A DNA stretch of 29,148 nucleotides, taken from positions 1 through 29,148 of the IMG/VR virus record IMGVR_UViG_3300021514_000007; one strand, given 5' to 3'. This document shows positions 13,544 to 22,385 of this stretch, in pieces. A model generated the notes under the pieces. It had not been told where the DNA came from. It ran no database searches and worked only from the letters and a program-made list of their open reading frames with translations. The translations under genes and the position numbers were made by a program. The stretch comes from a virus (Duplodnaviria > Caudoviricetes). Numbering within the stretch: position 1 is the stretch's first letter; the number at the start of each line of letters is the position of its first letter.

Positions 13544-16108
13544 ATGTCATCAATATCTGAAATACTCCAAGCCCTTGAAACAATGCCTGACGATAAGAAG
13601 GCAGAACTAGAGGCGCAAGCTAATCAAGCAATAGATTTAAAATGGATACCGAACCCTGGACCTCAAACAGAAGCCTTCTACTGTAAAGCAGATGAATTGT
13701 TCTTCGGAGGATCAGCAGGGGGTGGTAAGTCTGCACTAATAGTAGGTTTATCACAAACAAGCCACGAACGCTCTTTAATCCTTCGCCGTTTCCGTGATGA
13801 TGCAAAAGAGTTGGCTGAAACAGAACTGATTGATAAATCTCTTGATGGTGATCGTAATGGTTGGAATGGTGCTGACCTCATCTACCGCGGAAAAGGACAT
13901 ATTACAACTTTTGGCGGATGTCAGGCTGAAACTGATAAACAGAGATATAAAGGGAAGCCGCACGATTTAAAGTGTGTAGGGGAAGGCACGCCAGTATTAA
14001 TGGGTAATGGATCGTATAAGCCAATTCAAGATATTGCGGCGGGCGATATGGTAGCCACACTGGAGGGAGCTAAGAAAGTAATAAAATCGTTCTTAACTCC
14101 AACTAAAGCAGCCGTTAAGCTGTCCGTATCAATGTTAGACGGAACTATAGTTCACCAGATTCAGTCTGCTTCGCATGAAATTCTAACGCGTACAGGGTGG
14201 GTTGTCCCCGATATGTCATCCGTTTCTTGCCTGGAGCACCAGACGGGCCTTTTATCCAGCGGATTTTGTGTTTCTGACACAACCTCTTCCATATCTTCGT
14301 CCCTGTCTTTGTCAATTTTGCCAGATCTCGATAAGTTAAATGTGTTGGCGCGAAATATCTTGCGACCTCTACAAGCTGCGAAACTAGATCTGGATTGCTT
14401 AACTCAACAGGGGTCACTCTACGGTAAGGTTTTACAAGCTCAGGAAATCTGTTACGAAGAGTTTGATGACAGACTCCAAGCTCATCAGCAGCAAGCCTTA
14501 TTCCCCCAAGTCTCGCTAAAGTTTCTTTCACTAAAGAATCTGGCATTTTCTTCTGACGGGCTAAATTCATCTTTAAAGTATGATGGCTTCGATGTTCAGA
14601 AAAAGTCATTACCTGTAGGTTTTCTGGATCATTGTCGGTTCTTATTTCGTTCCTGTGGTGCACACATTCTCGAATTGACGGGTCTTCGTGCTGTATTAGT
14701 GGTCGGCCAGCAATATCTTCGCCAACCAATCTGTGTTGAGCAACATAGCCCCATCGGTTTGCTAGACGGTGGTGCGGGACGAGCTCCCACACATAACCAC
14801 CATAAATGGTCGTATTGCCACCCTTATACGAAGGAAAAACGTCAAAGTACGGCTCCTCGTTCTTTTTTGTCATATAAAGTTACCCCTGTAAGCAGTAGAA
14901 AGTTGTTTGATCTTGAAGTGGAAGAAGTTAATCATTTTATCACAAAAGGGGGAATAGTAAACAAGAACTGTTTTGATGAGGTGTCTGATTTTCTCGAATC
15001 ACAGTATGAATTCATTATCGCGTGGAACAGAACTACAACCAAAGGTCAGCGATGTCGTGTTGTATCTACCGGAAACCCACCAACAACCGCAGAAGGCCTA
15101 TGGGTTGTAAGACGCTGGGCTGCGTGGCTTGACCCTTCACACCATAATCCTGCCAAATCTGGTGAATTACGATGGTTTACCCGCGATGAAGAAGGCAAAG
15201 AAATAGAAGTCGAAGGTCGTGGCCCACACATTATCGGAGAAAGAGAAGTATTTGCTAAGTCTCGAACATTTATACGAGCAGGGCTATCGGATAATCCTGA
15301 TTTAGCATTAGATGGTCAATATGAGGCAATGCTTTCACAGCTACCAAAGGAATTACGTGATGCTTACCGTGATGGTAAGTTTGATGTAGCCCTGAAAGAT
15401 GGCGCATTTCAAACAATACCAACTAATTGGATCAGAGCAGCACAAGCAAGATGGACTGAAAAACCACCAGAAGGCGTACCAATGTGTGCAATTGGTGTAG
15501 ACGTAGCTCAAGGAGGCGAAGATAATACAGTTTTAGCACCTCGGCATGATGGGTGGTATGCGCCATTTATTACTATACCTGGGAAGCTTACGCCTGATGG
15601 AAAGTCTGTTGCTGGCCTTGTAGTTGCTAATCGACGCGATAATGCAAAAGTTATTATAGATATGGGTGGCGGCTATGGCGGCGCAGCTTATGAACACATG
15701 AAAGATAACAATATTGAAGTTAAAGGCTATAAAGGAGCAGAAGGATATAGTGGGCGCACTTCTGATAGGCAGTTAAAACTATATAATACTCGGTCTGCTG
15801 CTTACTGGAAGTTTAGGGAGGCATTAGATCCATCACAACCAGGCGGCTCCACAATAATGTTGCCTGATGATCCAGAAATGGTAGCTGATTTAACAGCTCC
15901 AACTTACGCTGTAACAAGACAAGGTATTCAAGTTGAGCCGAAGAAAGATGTGGTTAAACGGCTTGGCAGATCTCCTGATATTGGTGACGCTGTTGTTATG
16001 GCTTGGTGGGACGGGCTAAAAGGTGCTAATATACAAGGGGGCTTCAAGAAGAGAAATACTGCGCCTGTTGTTGTAATGAGCAAAAGAGCAAGGATTAGAA
16101 AAAGATGA
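13544..16108 (+). CDS. terL: terminase large subunit precursor containing an intein
   Basis: PNPGPQ, Walker A GGSAGGGKS, Walker B DLK^CFDE split by the insert, TGNP, nuclease GVDVAQGGED and RSPDIGDA. Confidence 0.95.
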   Translation: MSSISEILQALETMPDDKKAELEAQANQAIDLKWIPNPGPQTEAFYCKADELFFGGSAGGGKSALIVGLSQTSHERSLILRRFRDDAKELAETELIDKSLDGDRNGWNGADLIYRGKGHITTFGGCQAETDKQRYKGKPHDLKCVGEGTPVLMGNGSYKPIQDIAAGDMVATLEGAKKVIKSFLTPTKAAVKLSVSMLDGTIVHQIQSASHEILTRTGWVVPDMSSVSCLEHQTGLLSSGFCVSDTTSSISSSLSLSILPDLDKLNVLARNILRPLQAAKLDLDCLTQQGSLYGKVLQAQEICYEEFDDRLQAHQQQALFPQVSLKFLSLKNLAFSSDGLNSSLKYDGFDVQKKSLPVGFLDHCRFLFRSCGAHILELTGLRAVLVVGQQYLRQPICVEQHSPIGLLDGGAGRAPTHNHHKWSYCHPYTKEKRQSTAPRSFLSYKVTPVSSRKLFDLEVEEVNHFITKGGIVNKNCFDEVSDFLESQYEFIIAWNRTTTKGQRCRVVSTGNPPTTAEGLWVVRRWAAWLDPSHHNPAKSGELRWFTRDEEGKEIEVEGRGPHIIGEREVFAKSRTFIRAGLSDNPDLALDGQYEAMLSQLPKELRDAYRDGKFDVALKDGAFQTIPTNWIRAAQARWTEKPPEGVPMCAIGVDVAQGGEDNTVLAPRHDGWYAPFITIPGKLTPDGKSVAGLVVANRRDNAKVIIDMGGGYGGAAYEHMKDNNIEVKGYKGAEGYSGRTSDRQLKLYNTRSAAYWKFREALDPSQPGGSTIMLPDDPEMVADLTAPTYAVTRQGIQVEPKKDVVKRLGRSPDIGDAVVMAWWDGLKGANIQGGFKKRNTAPVVVMSKRARIRKR
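14145..14873 (-). CDS. HNH homing endonuclease encoded antisense inside the intein
   Basis: GYV....P.H..AN..GYVAQHRLV.E...GRPL...E.VHHRNE.RTDN.PENL......EH..HH, then HTH-like GGIRLAADELGVCHQTLRNRF; AGGGG upstream of ATG. Confidence 0.9.
   Translation of the reverse strand: MTKKNEEPYFDVFPSYKGGNTTIYGGYVWELVPHHRLANRWGYVAQHRLVGEDIAGRPLIQHEDPSIRECVHHRNEIRTDNDPENLQVMTFSEHRSHHTLKMNLARQKKMPDSLVKETLARLGGIRLAADELGVCHQTLRNRFPELVKPYRRVTPVELSNPDLVSQLVEVARYFAPTHLTYRDLAKLTKTGTKIWKRLCQKHKIRWIKGPSGAPGKKRMTYRGQPTLYALEFHAKQTESGEL
14934..14961 (-). promoter_or_regulatory. candidate antisense promoter for the intein-internal HNH
   Basis: Minus strand TTTACT(14961-56)-N16-TAAAAT(14939-34) with TG extension, 60 nt upstream of the HNH ATG. 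Confidence 0.45.
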
Positions 16109-16272
16109 CCATATTAGGTAAGCGTCCAAAGATTCCAATTCCAGAAATTGAGCCCCCTGCTCCTCTTGTCGATGAAGAGAAGCTAAAAATGGCACGAAAG
16201 AAAAACATATCTAAACAGCGCAGCCGTTCAGGCCGCACATCAACAATATTATCAGATGAGGGGTTAGGATAA
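16105..16272 (+). CDS. small virion-associated protein (55 aa), SGR.STIL motif
   Basis: MTILGKRPKIPIP...SGRTSTILSDEGLG*; ATGA overlap with terL and TAATG with the next gene. Confidence 0.7.
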   Translation: MTILGKRPKIPIPEIEPPAPLVDEEKLKMARKKNISKQRSRSGRTSTILSDEGLG

Positions 16273-16631
16273 TGGGACGACCATTTTCAAGCGGAAGACT
16301 TGGCGGGCCAAAAGTAAAAAAATATGGCACTGTCTTAACGGATTACGATAAAGCGCGTGAACCTTTGCGGGAATCCAATCTTAGAGCCGAACAGAGAGAA
16401 AAAGAGAGAAAGGCTAAAGGCGGCGGCTTTAGAAGGTATGACGAAGAAGATCTTGACAAGATAAAAACCCAAAATGAGGCTGCACTTAAAGCTAACCTTA
16501 TTATTCCAACTACAACACCAACATTATTAGCGGACGAAACCGCTATAACAAAGAAGAAGAGAAAGAAAATATCATCAGACCGACTTACAAGCGGTAGAAT
16601 GTCGACTATTCTCGGCGATACGTTAGGATGA
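16272..16631 (+). CDS. small virion-associated protein, SGR.STIL motif
   Basis: C-terminus SGRMSTILGDTLG* parallels the preceding ORF; lies just before the portal module. Confidence 0.7.
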   Translation: MGRPFSSGRLGGPKVKKYGTVLTDYDKAREPLRESNLRAEQREKERKAKGGGFRRYDEEDLDKIKTQNEAALKANLIIPTTTPTLLADETAITKKKRKKISSDRLTSGRMSTILGDTLG

Positions 16632-17089
16632 GAACGGTGCAAGAAAGGTTTGATAGTAAGGTTGAGCGGATACCAGAAGGCGGCTGTCATGTTTGGATGG
16701 GTGGCTTGCTAGCCTCTGGCGGTTATGGCGTGTTTATGGCAAACAAAGTGTCACATAGAGCGCATAGATTCTCATGGATACAAGCTAATGGAGAGATACC
16801 CAAAGGCATGTTCATACTGCATAGTTGTGATAACCCATGCTGTGTTAATCCTGACCATTTATCGGTAGGAACACATCAAGATAATATGGACGACATGGTC
16901 AAAAAAGGCCGACAGAATCCTGCTCGCGGCACAAAACATTCGTCACACAAGCTAACAGAAAAGCAAGTTCGGGCTATCCGAGCTAGCTCTGTTTCAAGCA
17001 GAAAACTTGGTGCTGAATATGGTGTAAGTAAAACGCTTATCAATCACATTAAAACCAAAAGTAAAAAGGGATGGGGTTGGCTAGAATGA
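16628..17089 (+). CDS. HNH homing endonuclease (Zn-binding loop type) with C-terminal HTH
   Basis: GCHVWMG...GYG...AHRFSW....GEIP....LHSCDNPCCVNPDHL..GT..DNM.DM..KGR; ATGA-coupled on both sides. Confidence 0.9.
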   Translation: MRTVQERFDSKVERIPEGGCHVWMGGLLASGGYGVFMANKVSHRAHRFSWIQANGEIPKGMFILHSCDNPCCVNPDHLSVGTHQDNMDDMVKKGRQNPARGTKHSSHKLTEKQVRAIRASSVSSRKLGAEYGVSKTLINHIKTKSKKGWGWLE

Positions 17090-18714
17090 AAATCAAGGCA
17101 TTGAAGGACAGAGGGGAGCAATTATTTAATAAACGGCATGGCTTACTTTCCTTATGGCAAGAAATCGCTTCAAACTTCTACCCAGAACGAGCCGACTTCA
17201 CCAACATAAGAAACATCGGTGATGATATGGCGGGTCATTTAATGACAAGCTCCCCTGCGATTGCGCGTCGAGATCTAGGTAATGCCTTTAGTTCGATGTT
17301 AAGACCTACCGCAAAAGAGTGGTTTCATGTTGGTACTAGCCGACCTGACACGCAAGATACCGAAGCAAAGCAATGGTTAGAATGGGCAACAAAACTCACT
17401 AGAAACGCCATGTATGACCGACCTGCTCAATTTAATCGAGCGACAAAGGAAGGCGATCATGATTTCGCTGCCTTTGGTCAATGCGTTATCTCAACAGAGC
17501 TCAACTTAAAAACAAACACACTACTATACCGCTCATGGCATTTGCGTGATGTGGCATGGGTAGAAGACGAGGCTGGTGAAGCATCTACTGTTTATCGTAA
17601 GTGGAAGCCTACTGCGATTGACCTTAAGACGATGTTTGGCAATAAAATCCATGAGAAGGTTGCTAAAAAACTATCAAAGACCCCGTATGATGAAATAAAC
17701 GTATGGCATATCGTAATGCCAACAGAGGCTTATCAAGACGTTGAAAGCTCAAAGAAGATTAACCAGCCTTTTGTTTCTATTTATATTGATGTGGATAACG
17801 AACATATCATTGAAGAAGTGGGTCAGTGGGTGAATATGTACACTATCCCACGTTGGGCGACTGTTTCAGGCTCACAATATGCTCACTCCCCCGCGACCGT
17901 TACTGCTTTAGGTGATGCACGACTCATCCAGACAATGACTTCTACTATCCTGGAAGCAGGAGAAAAAGCGGTTAATCCTCCGTTATTAGCAATTCAAGAA
18001 GCTATCCGTAGTGATGTTAGTGTTTATGCTGGTGGTATTACGTGGGTAGATGCTGATTACGATGAGAGACTAGGCGAAGTATTACGCCCAATGACGCAAG
18101 ATAAGTCAGGGCTTAATTTTGGCCTTGATGTGAATGAGAGCATTAAAGAACAAATCTTCGAGGCTTTCTTTCTTAATAAGCTCAATCTACCGCCTACAGG
18201 TGGACCAGACATGACCGCTTACGAGGTTGGTCAACGAGTACAAGAATATATCCGAAACGCCCTACCTTTATTTGAGCCTATGGAAGCCGATTATAACGGC
18301 AGATTGTGTGAGAACACCTTTGACATCATGCTTCGCGCCGGTGCTTACGGCGACCCACGCAACATACCTAAGTCAATTCAAGGTGCAGATATACGATTTA
18401 CCTTTGAGTCTCCATTACACGAAGCGTCTGAGAAAGCAAAAGTTGGTCAATTCATGGAAGCCCAACAAATTCTTGCTCAAGCTATTAATCTTGATCCCTC
18501 TACCGCACTTATTATTGACGGTAAGAAAGCGACTCGTGATGTATTGGAAGCAGTCGCTCCGGCTGACTGGCTAAATACTGAAAGTGATGTAGACGCGATG
18601 ATTGCTCAACAGCAACAAGAGCAAGAAACCCAACAGATGCTCGACCAAATGGCTCAAGGCGCAACGATTGCGAAGGATTTAGGTCAATCTAATATGGATG
18701 AAATGCCTGCGTGA
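17086..18714 (+). CDS. portal (head-tail connector), T7/BPP-1-like
   Basis: About 542 aa; W.EIA..FYP, IPRW...G..Y..SP, MTAYEV.QR.QE; ATG at 17086 is coupled to the HNH stop. Confidence 0.9.
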   Translation: MKIKALKDRGEQLFNKRHGLLSLWQEIASNFYPERADFTNIRNIGDDMAGHLMTSSPAIARRDLGNAFSSMLRPTAKEWFHVGTSRPDTQDTEAKQWLEWATKLTRNAMYDRPAQFNRATKEGDHDFAAFGQCVISTELNLKTNTLLYRSWHLRDVAWVEDEAGEASTVYRKWKPTAIDLKTMFGNKIHEKVAKKLSKTPYDEINVWHIVMPTEAYQDVESSKKINQPFVSIYIDVDNEHIIEEVGQWVNMYTIPRWATVSGSQYAHSPATVTALGDARLIQTMTSTILEAGEKAVNPPLLAIQEAIRSDVSVYAGGITWVDADYDERLGEVLRPMTQDKSGLNFGLDVNESIKEQIFEAFFLNKLNLPPTGGPDMTAYEVGQRVQEYIRNALPLFEPMEADYNGRLCENTFDIMLRAGAYGDPRNIPKSIQGADIRFTFESPLHEASEKAKVGQFMEAQQILAQAINLDPSTALIIDGKKATRDVLEAVAPADWLNTESDVDAMIAQQQQEQETQQMLDQMAQGATIAKDLGQSNMDEMPA

Positions 18715-19001
18715 CAAAAAAGAAGCAAGTAAAAAGGACTGAATCAGCCCCTTATTGTTTTAGAGCGGATTGGCAGCCACCTGATGCGAGCGCATTACAG
18801 GCTCTTGAGAAAGGTGAGGCTGACGAGCACCAACAAAAACGTGCCTTAGCATGGATAATTAATGTTGCGGCTGGAACCTATCAAGTCGCATGGGAGCCTG
18901 ACAATGAGCGGGCATCCTCTTTTGAATCGGGTCGTCGTTTCGTCGGCTTGAAAATCGTCGAGCTAATAAAGCTCAATTTAGCAAACTTTAGCAAACTTTA
19001 G
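18711..19001 (+). CDS. conserved small protein after portal (Bbp19-like)
   Basis: QQKRAL.WI, F.SGRRFVGL.I motif; position after portal. Confidence 0.65.
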   Translation: MTKKKQVKRTESAPYCFRADWQPPDASALQALEKGEADEHQQKRALAWIINVAAGTYQVAWEPDNERASSFESGRRFVGLKIVELIKLNLANFSKL

Positions 19002-19012
19002 GAGAATAAAAA

Positions 19013-19948
19013 ATGAGTGAAGAGCAGACACCCCTTGAAGAAGGCGCTGCAACAGATAAGCAGACCACAGAAGATCTTGAAACAGCACAAAAAGCAATAG
19101 ATGTAGCGAAAGATACGGTTGATAAAGGTTTAACCGAGGCTGACGCCGAAACAGCTAAAGATAACTGGGGCGACGACTGGCGACAAAACTATGCCGGTGA
19201 AGACGATAAAATGGTTAAGCGGATGGAACGCTACTCATCCCCTAAAGCTGCATTAGACGCATTAGTCGCAGCACAAAACAAAATCTCCAGCGGAGAACTC
19301 AAGACCGCACTACAATCAGACGCTTCAGACGAAGAAACCGCAACATGGCGTGAAGAAAACGGCATTCCTAGCTCGGTTGATGATTATGAAATCAATTTAC
19401 CTAACGGCATTGTGGTGGGCGAAGAAGATAAACCAATGGTTGATAGCTTTTTAGAGTCGGCATTAGCCTCTAATCTTCATCCTGACCAAGTAAACAACGC
19501 ACTAGGCTGGTATTACGACTACCAAGAACAAACTATTCAACAACAGCAAGACGCAGATATAGCATCAAAGCAAACAGGTGAAGACGAGTTACGTGTTGAA
19601 TGGGGTCAAGATTATCGCCGCAATGTACAGATAGCGACTAACTTTCTCGATAATGCGCCAGAAGGCTTTAAAGAACAGATTATGGGCGCAAGATTAGCTG
19701 ATGGTACGCCATTAGGTAGCGATCCAACTTCTTTGAATTGGCTGGTTGATATGTCTCGACAAATTAATCCTGTTGCAACTGTAGTGCCTGGTTCCGGTAC
19801 AAACGCTGTTCAAGCAATCGAAACTGAATTAGCATCACTTAAGAGTATGATGGGCGACCGTCAAAGCGAATATTGGAAGGGTGACAACTCTGCCAAGAAT
19901 CAAGCGCGTTATCGTGAATTAGTGGAAACCGTACAGAAGTACGGCTAA
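19013..19948 (+). CDS. capsid scaffolding protein
   Basis: Acidic; G.P....DY.I, L..EWG.DY..N motifs; between portal and capsid. Confidence 0.75.
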   Translation: MSEEQTPLEEGAATDKQTTEDLETAQKAIDVAKDTVDKGLTEADAETAKDNWGDDWRQNYAGEDDKMVKRMERYSSPKAALDALVAAQNKISSGELKTALQSDASDEETATWREENGIPSSVDDYEINLPNGIVVGEEDKPMVDSFLESALASNLHPDQVNNALGWYYDYQEQTIQQQQDADIASKQTGEDELRVEWGQDYRRNVQIATNFLDNAPEGFKEQIMGARLADGTPLGSDPTSLNWLVDMSRQINPVATVVPGSGTNAVQAIETELASLKSMMGDRQSEYWKGDNSAKNQARYRELVETVQKYG

Positions 19949-19950
19949 TA

Positions 19951-19978
19951 TTGTAATATAGTTATATAGGTGTAAAAT
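19951..19978 (+). promoter_or_regulatory. promoter upstream of the capsid gene
   Basis: TTGTAA-N16-TAAAAT. Confidence 0.5.
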
Positions 19979-20154
19979 GTAATATGTAACACAACAGCCA
20001 AGCTAGGCCCTATGATAGCCAGTATTGACCCCGCAAGGACAACTCAATAAATGCTGAATTAGATACCCCAAATGCAAGGTAAAACTTAATTTTGTAGTAT
20101 TTAAAGTGCTTTTACAGAATACCGTTAAAAGCCCTATCATAGGAGTATAGCCAA

Positions 20155-20985
20155 ATGGCTGATACAGCATTTCAAACGCAATACCGAGATGAATTCATCG
20201 CCGGTTTCGAGCAGCGTCAATCGCTCGTTCGCAATACTGTTACCACAGAAGCAGAAGTAAAGGGCAATAGTGCCGTTTTCCTTGTTGCTGATTCTGGTGA
20301 CGCAACTGCATCCACCCGTGGCGTAAATGGTTTAATCCCTGCACGCGCGGACAACTTAGAACAAAACGCAGCAACTCTCGTAGAATGGCATGACTTGGTT
20401 CGTCGTACTGGTTTCAACTTGTACGCTTCTCAAGGTGATGGTCGCCGCATTATGCAAGAAACAACTATGGCGGTTCTAAACCGTAAAGTGGATTCTGACA
20501 TCATTACTGCATTAGAGAATGGTACGCAGGACACCGGCACAGCGGCAACAGGGTCATTAGATATGGCAATGTACGCTTTAGCAATCTTAGGTAATAACGC
20601 TGTTCCTTTGGACGGTAAAATATCTGCCTTGATTACACCGGCAATGCACGCTTACTTCATGCAGACTAAAGAGTTCGCTTCTGCGGATTACATCAACAAC
20701 AAGCCGTTTGAAGGCAATCTGACTCAATATCGTTGGGCTGGCGTAAACTGGATTGTTCATCCTAATCTAACAGGTGCAGCAACTTCGGCTGAAAAATGTA
20801 TCATGTATCATCAATCGGCTATTGGTCACGCTTGCAACATGTCAAGCATCATGACTGCGGCTGGTTACGATGAAGAGCAAGATTACAGCTTCGCGCGTGC
20901 TTCAACGTACATGGGTTCCAAGTTACTGCAAAACAGTGGCGTGGTTATTATGAATCATGACGGTAGCGGTTACGCTGCTCAATAA
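20155..20985 (+). CDS. major capsid protein
   Basis: 276 aa; Q...S..R.TV, A.LNRK.D.DII.AL, S.DY....P, W.GV.WI; AGGAG RBS; synteny. Confidence 0.85.
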   Translation: MADTAFQTQYRDEFIAGFEQRQSLVRNTVTTEAEVKGNSAVFLVADSGDATASTRGVNGLIPARADNLEQNAATLVEWHDLVRRTGFNLYASQGDGRRIMQETTMAVLNRKVDSDIITALENGTQDTGTAATGSLDMAMYALAILGNNAVPLDGKISALITPAMHAYFMQTKEFASADYINNKPFEGNLTQYRWAGVNWIVHPNLTGAATSAEKCIMYHQSAIGHACNMSSIMTAAGYDEEQDYSFARASTYMGSKLLQNSGVVIMNHDGSGYAAQ

Positions 20986-20997
20986 AGGAGAGATACA

Positions 20998-21243
20998 ATG
21001 GCTTACGCAACAACTAACCCACCAGCATGTATTATCCCTCGCATTGGTACACATTCAGCAGTTTGGATGTACACCGATGGGGACGCACATACTGATGTTG
21101 ATCTCGCTGGATACTTTACTGATGGCGCAGCCCTCGGTTTAACGGCTGACGATGTAATGATCGTAGTCGATACGGCGACACCAACCTGTACTATTCATCA
21201 AGTGCTAAATGCAACCAGCATCACGCCGGCTACATTAGCGTAA
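20998..21243 (+). CDS. small virion protein (possible decoration protein)
   Basis: Y...D....V..AGYF......L...D.; AGGAG RBS; directly after the capsid gene. Confidence 0.6.
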   Translation: MAYATTNPPACIIPRIGTHSAVWMYTDGDAHTDVDLAGYFTDGAALGLTADDVMIVVDTATPTCTIHQVLNATSITPATLA

Positions 21244-21248
21244 CTGAT

Positions 21249-21272
21249 AGGGGGCGAAAGCTCCCTTTCTTT
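21249..21272 (+). terminator. intrinsic terminator/attenuator after capsid genes
   Basis: AGGGGGC-GAAA-GCTCCCT then TTCTTT. Confidence 0.7.
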
Positions 21273-21284
21273 AAGGAGATTATC

Positions 21285-21731
21285 TTGGAAGACAAAAAAC
21301 CAACAATTCGTAAGATTATTAGTCCGCAATTCAGCCTTGCAGAACAAAAGCGTCTTGTATGGCACGCTCAACCAGCGGAAGGCGTAACAATTAAAGACAT
21401 GCTAAACCCGATTTACTGGACGCACGTAGCATCAAACCTCATTAAAGGCGCACGCATTGAAGCGGTCGCAGAAGACGGCACTTGGTTCGCAGAGTTTTAT
21501 GTGAAGTCTGCCAATAAGATTGAAGCACATGTCACGTTAATGCGTGAAGTCGCACTCAGCAAAGCGGTCGCTAAACTAAAGATCGAACCTAAATTCAAAG
21601 TAAATCATGTAGGCGGTGGTAAATGGCGCGTTCTTCGCACAGAAGACAATGCTGAACTGCAAACAGGATTTAAAAGTAAAGAAACTGCACAATCATGGCT
21701 TGATAACCATTTAAAAGAAATTGCTGCTTAA
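21285..21731 (+). CDS. hypothetical protein in the structural module
   Basis: TTG start with AAGGAG RBS. Confidence 0.7.
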   Translation: MEDKKPTIRKIISPQFSLAEQKRLVWHAQPAEGVTIKDMLNPIYWTHVASNLIKGARIEAVAEDGTWFAEFYVKSANKIEAHVTLMREVALSKAVAKLKIEPKFKVNHVGGGKWRVLRTEDNAELQTGFKSKETAQSWLDNHLKEIAA

Positions 21732-21746
21732 TAAAGTGAGGGTGAC

Positions 21747-22385
21747 ATGGCAACACAACTCAGTCTGTATAATGAAGCCCTTAGAATATGTGGTGAGCGT
21801 AAACTAGCCTCTTTAACAGAGAATAGGGAGCCTCGCCGTGTTCTTGATGCGGTATGGGATAATGATGCAATTAACTATTGTCTTGAACAAGGTCAGTGGA
21901 ATTTCGCTATCCGCTCCGCAAAACTTGAATATAACCCCTCAATGGAGCAGCCTTACGGCTATCAATATGCCTTTGAGAAACCTACCGATTTAATCCGATT
22001 AACTGGATTGTGTTCAGATGAATACTTTAATGTCCCCCTAACTCAATATACTGAGGAAGGTGGCTTTTGGTTCTCTGATTTAGATGAGATTTACATCAAG
22101 TATGTCTCAAATGACACAAGCTATGGTAAAGATTACAGCCTTTATCCTGAAACCTTTATGCGTTATGTCGCGTCCTACTTAGCTTCTGAGATTGTTGACC
22201 GGATAACCCAAAACAACTCTTTATGGGATAAGGTCTACGGCATTATGCGTCGAAGACTCACTGATGCACGCTCTAAAGATGCAATGGCAGATCCAACTCA
22301 ATTCCTACCTACAGGCGCATGGGTAAGCTCTCGTCGTGGAGGTGCGCGTTCAGATCGCGGTAACCGCAATAGATTAATTGGATGA
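21747..22385 (+). CDS. tail tubular protein A / adaptor (T7 gp11-like)
   Basis: N.AL...GE....SL.E, WNFA.....L, Y.YAF..P.D.IR; synteny. Confidence 0.8.
   Translation: MATQLSLYNEALRICGERKLASLTENREPRRVLDAVWDNDAINYCLEQGQWNFAIRSAKLEYNPSMEQPYGYQYAFEKPTDLIRLTGLCSDEYFNVPLTQYTEEGGFWFSDLDEIYIKYVSNDTSYGKDYSLYPETFMRYVASYLASEIVDRITQNNSLWDKVYGIMRRRLTDARSKDAMADPTQFLPTGAWVSSRRGGARSDRGNRNRLIG

Larger units (their letters stand above)
13973..14968 (+). mobile_element. intein (332 aa, TerL residues 144-475)
   Basis: Block A CVGEGTPVLMGNGSYKPIQDI..GD.V; block B SASHEIL..GWV; blocks F/G LFDLEVEEVNHFITKGGIVNKN followed by +1 Cys. Confidence 0.92.

Noticed and set aside
13973-14968. Group I intron explanation for the terL insert
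   Set aside because: The insert is in frame, stop-free and bounded by intein blocks A/B/F/G with a +1 Cys; I saw no intron core motifs
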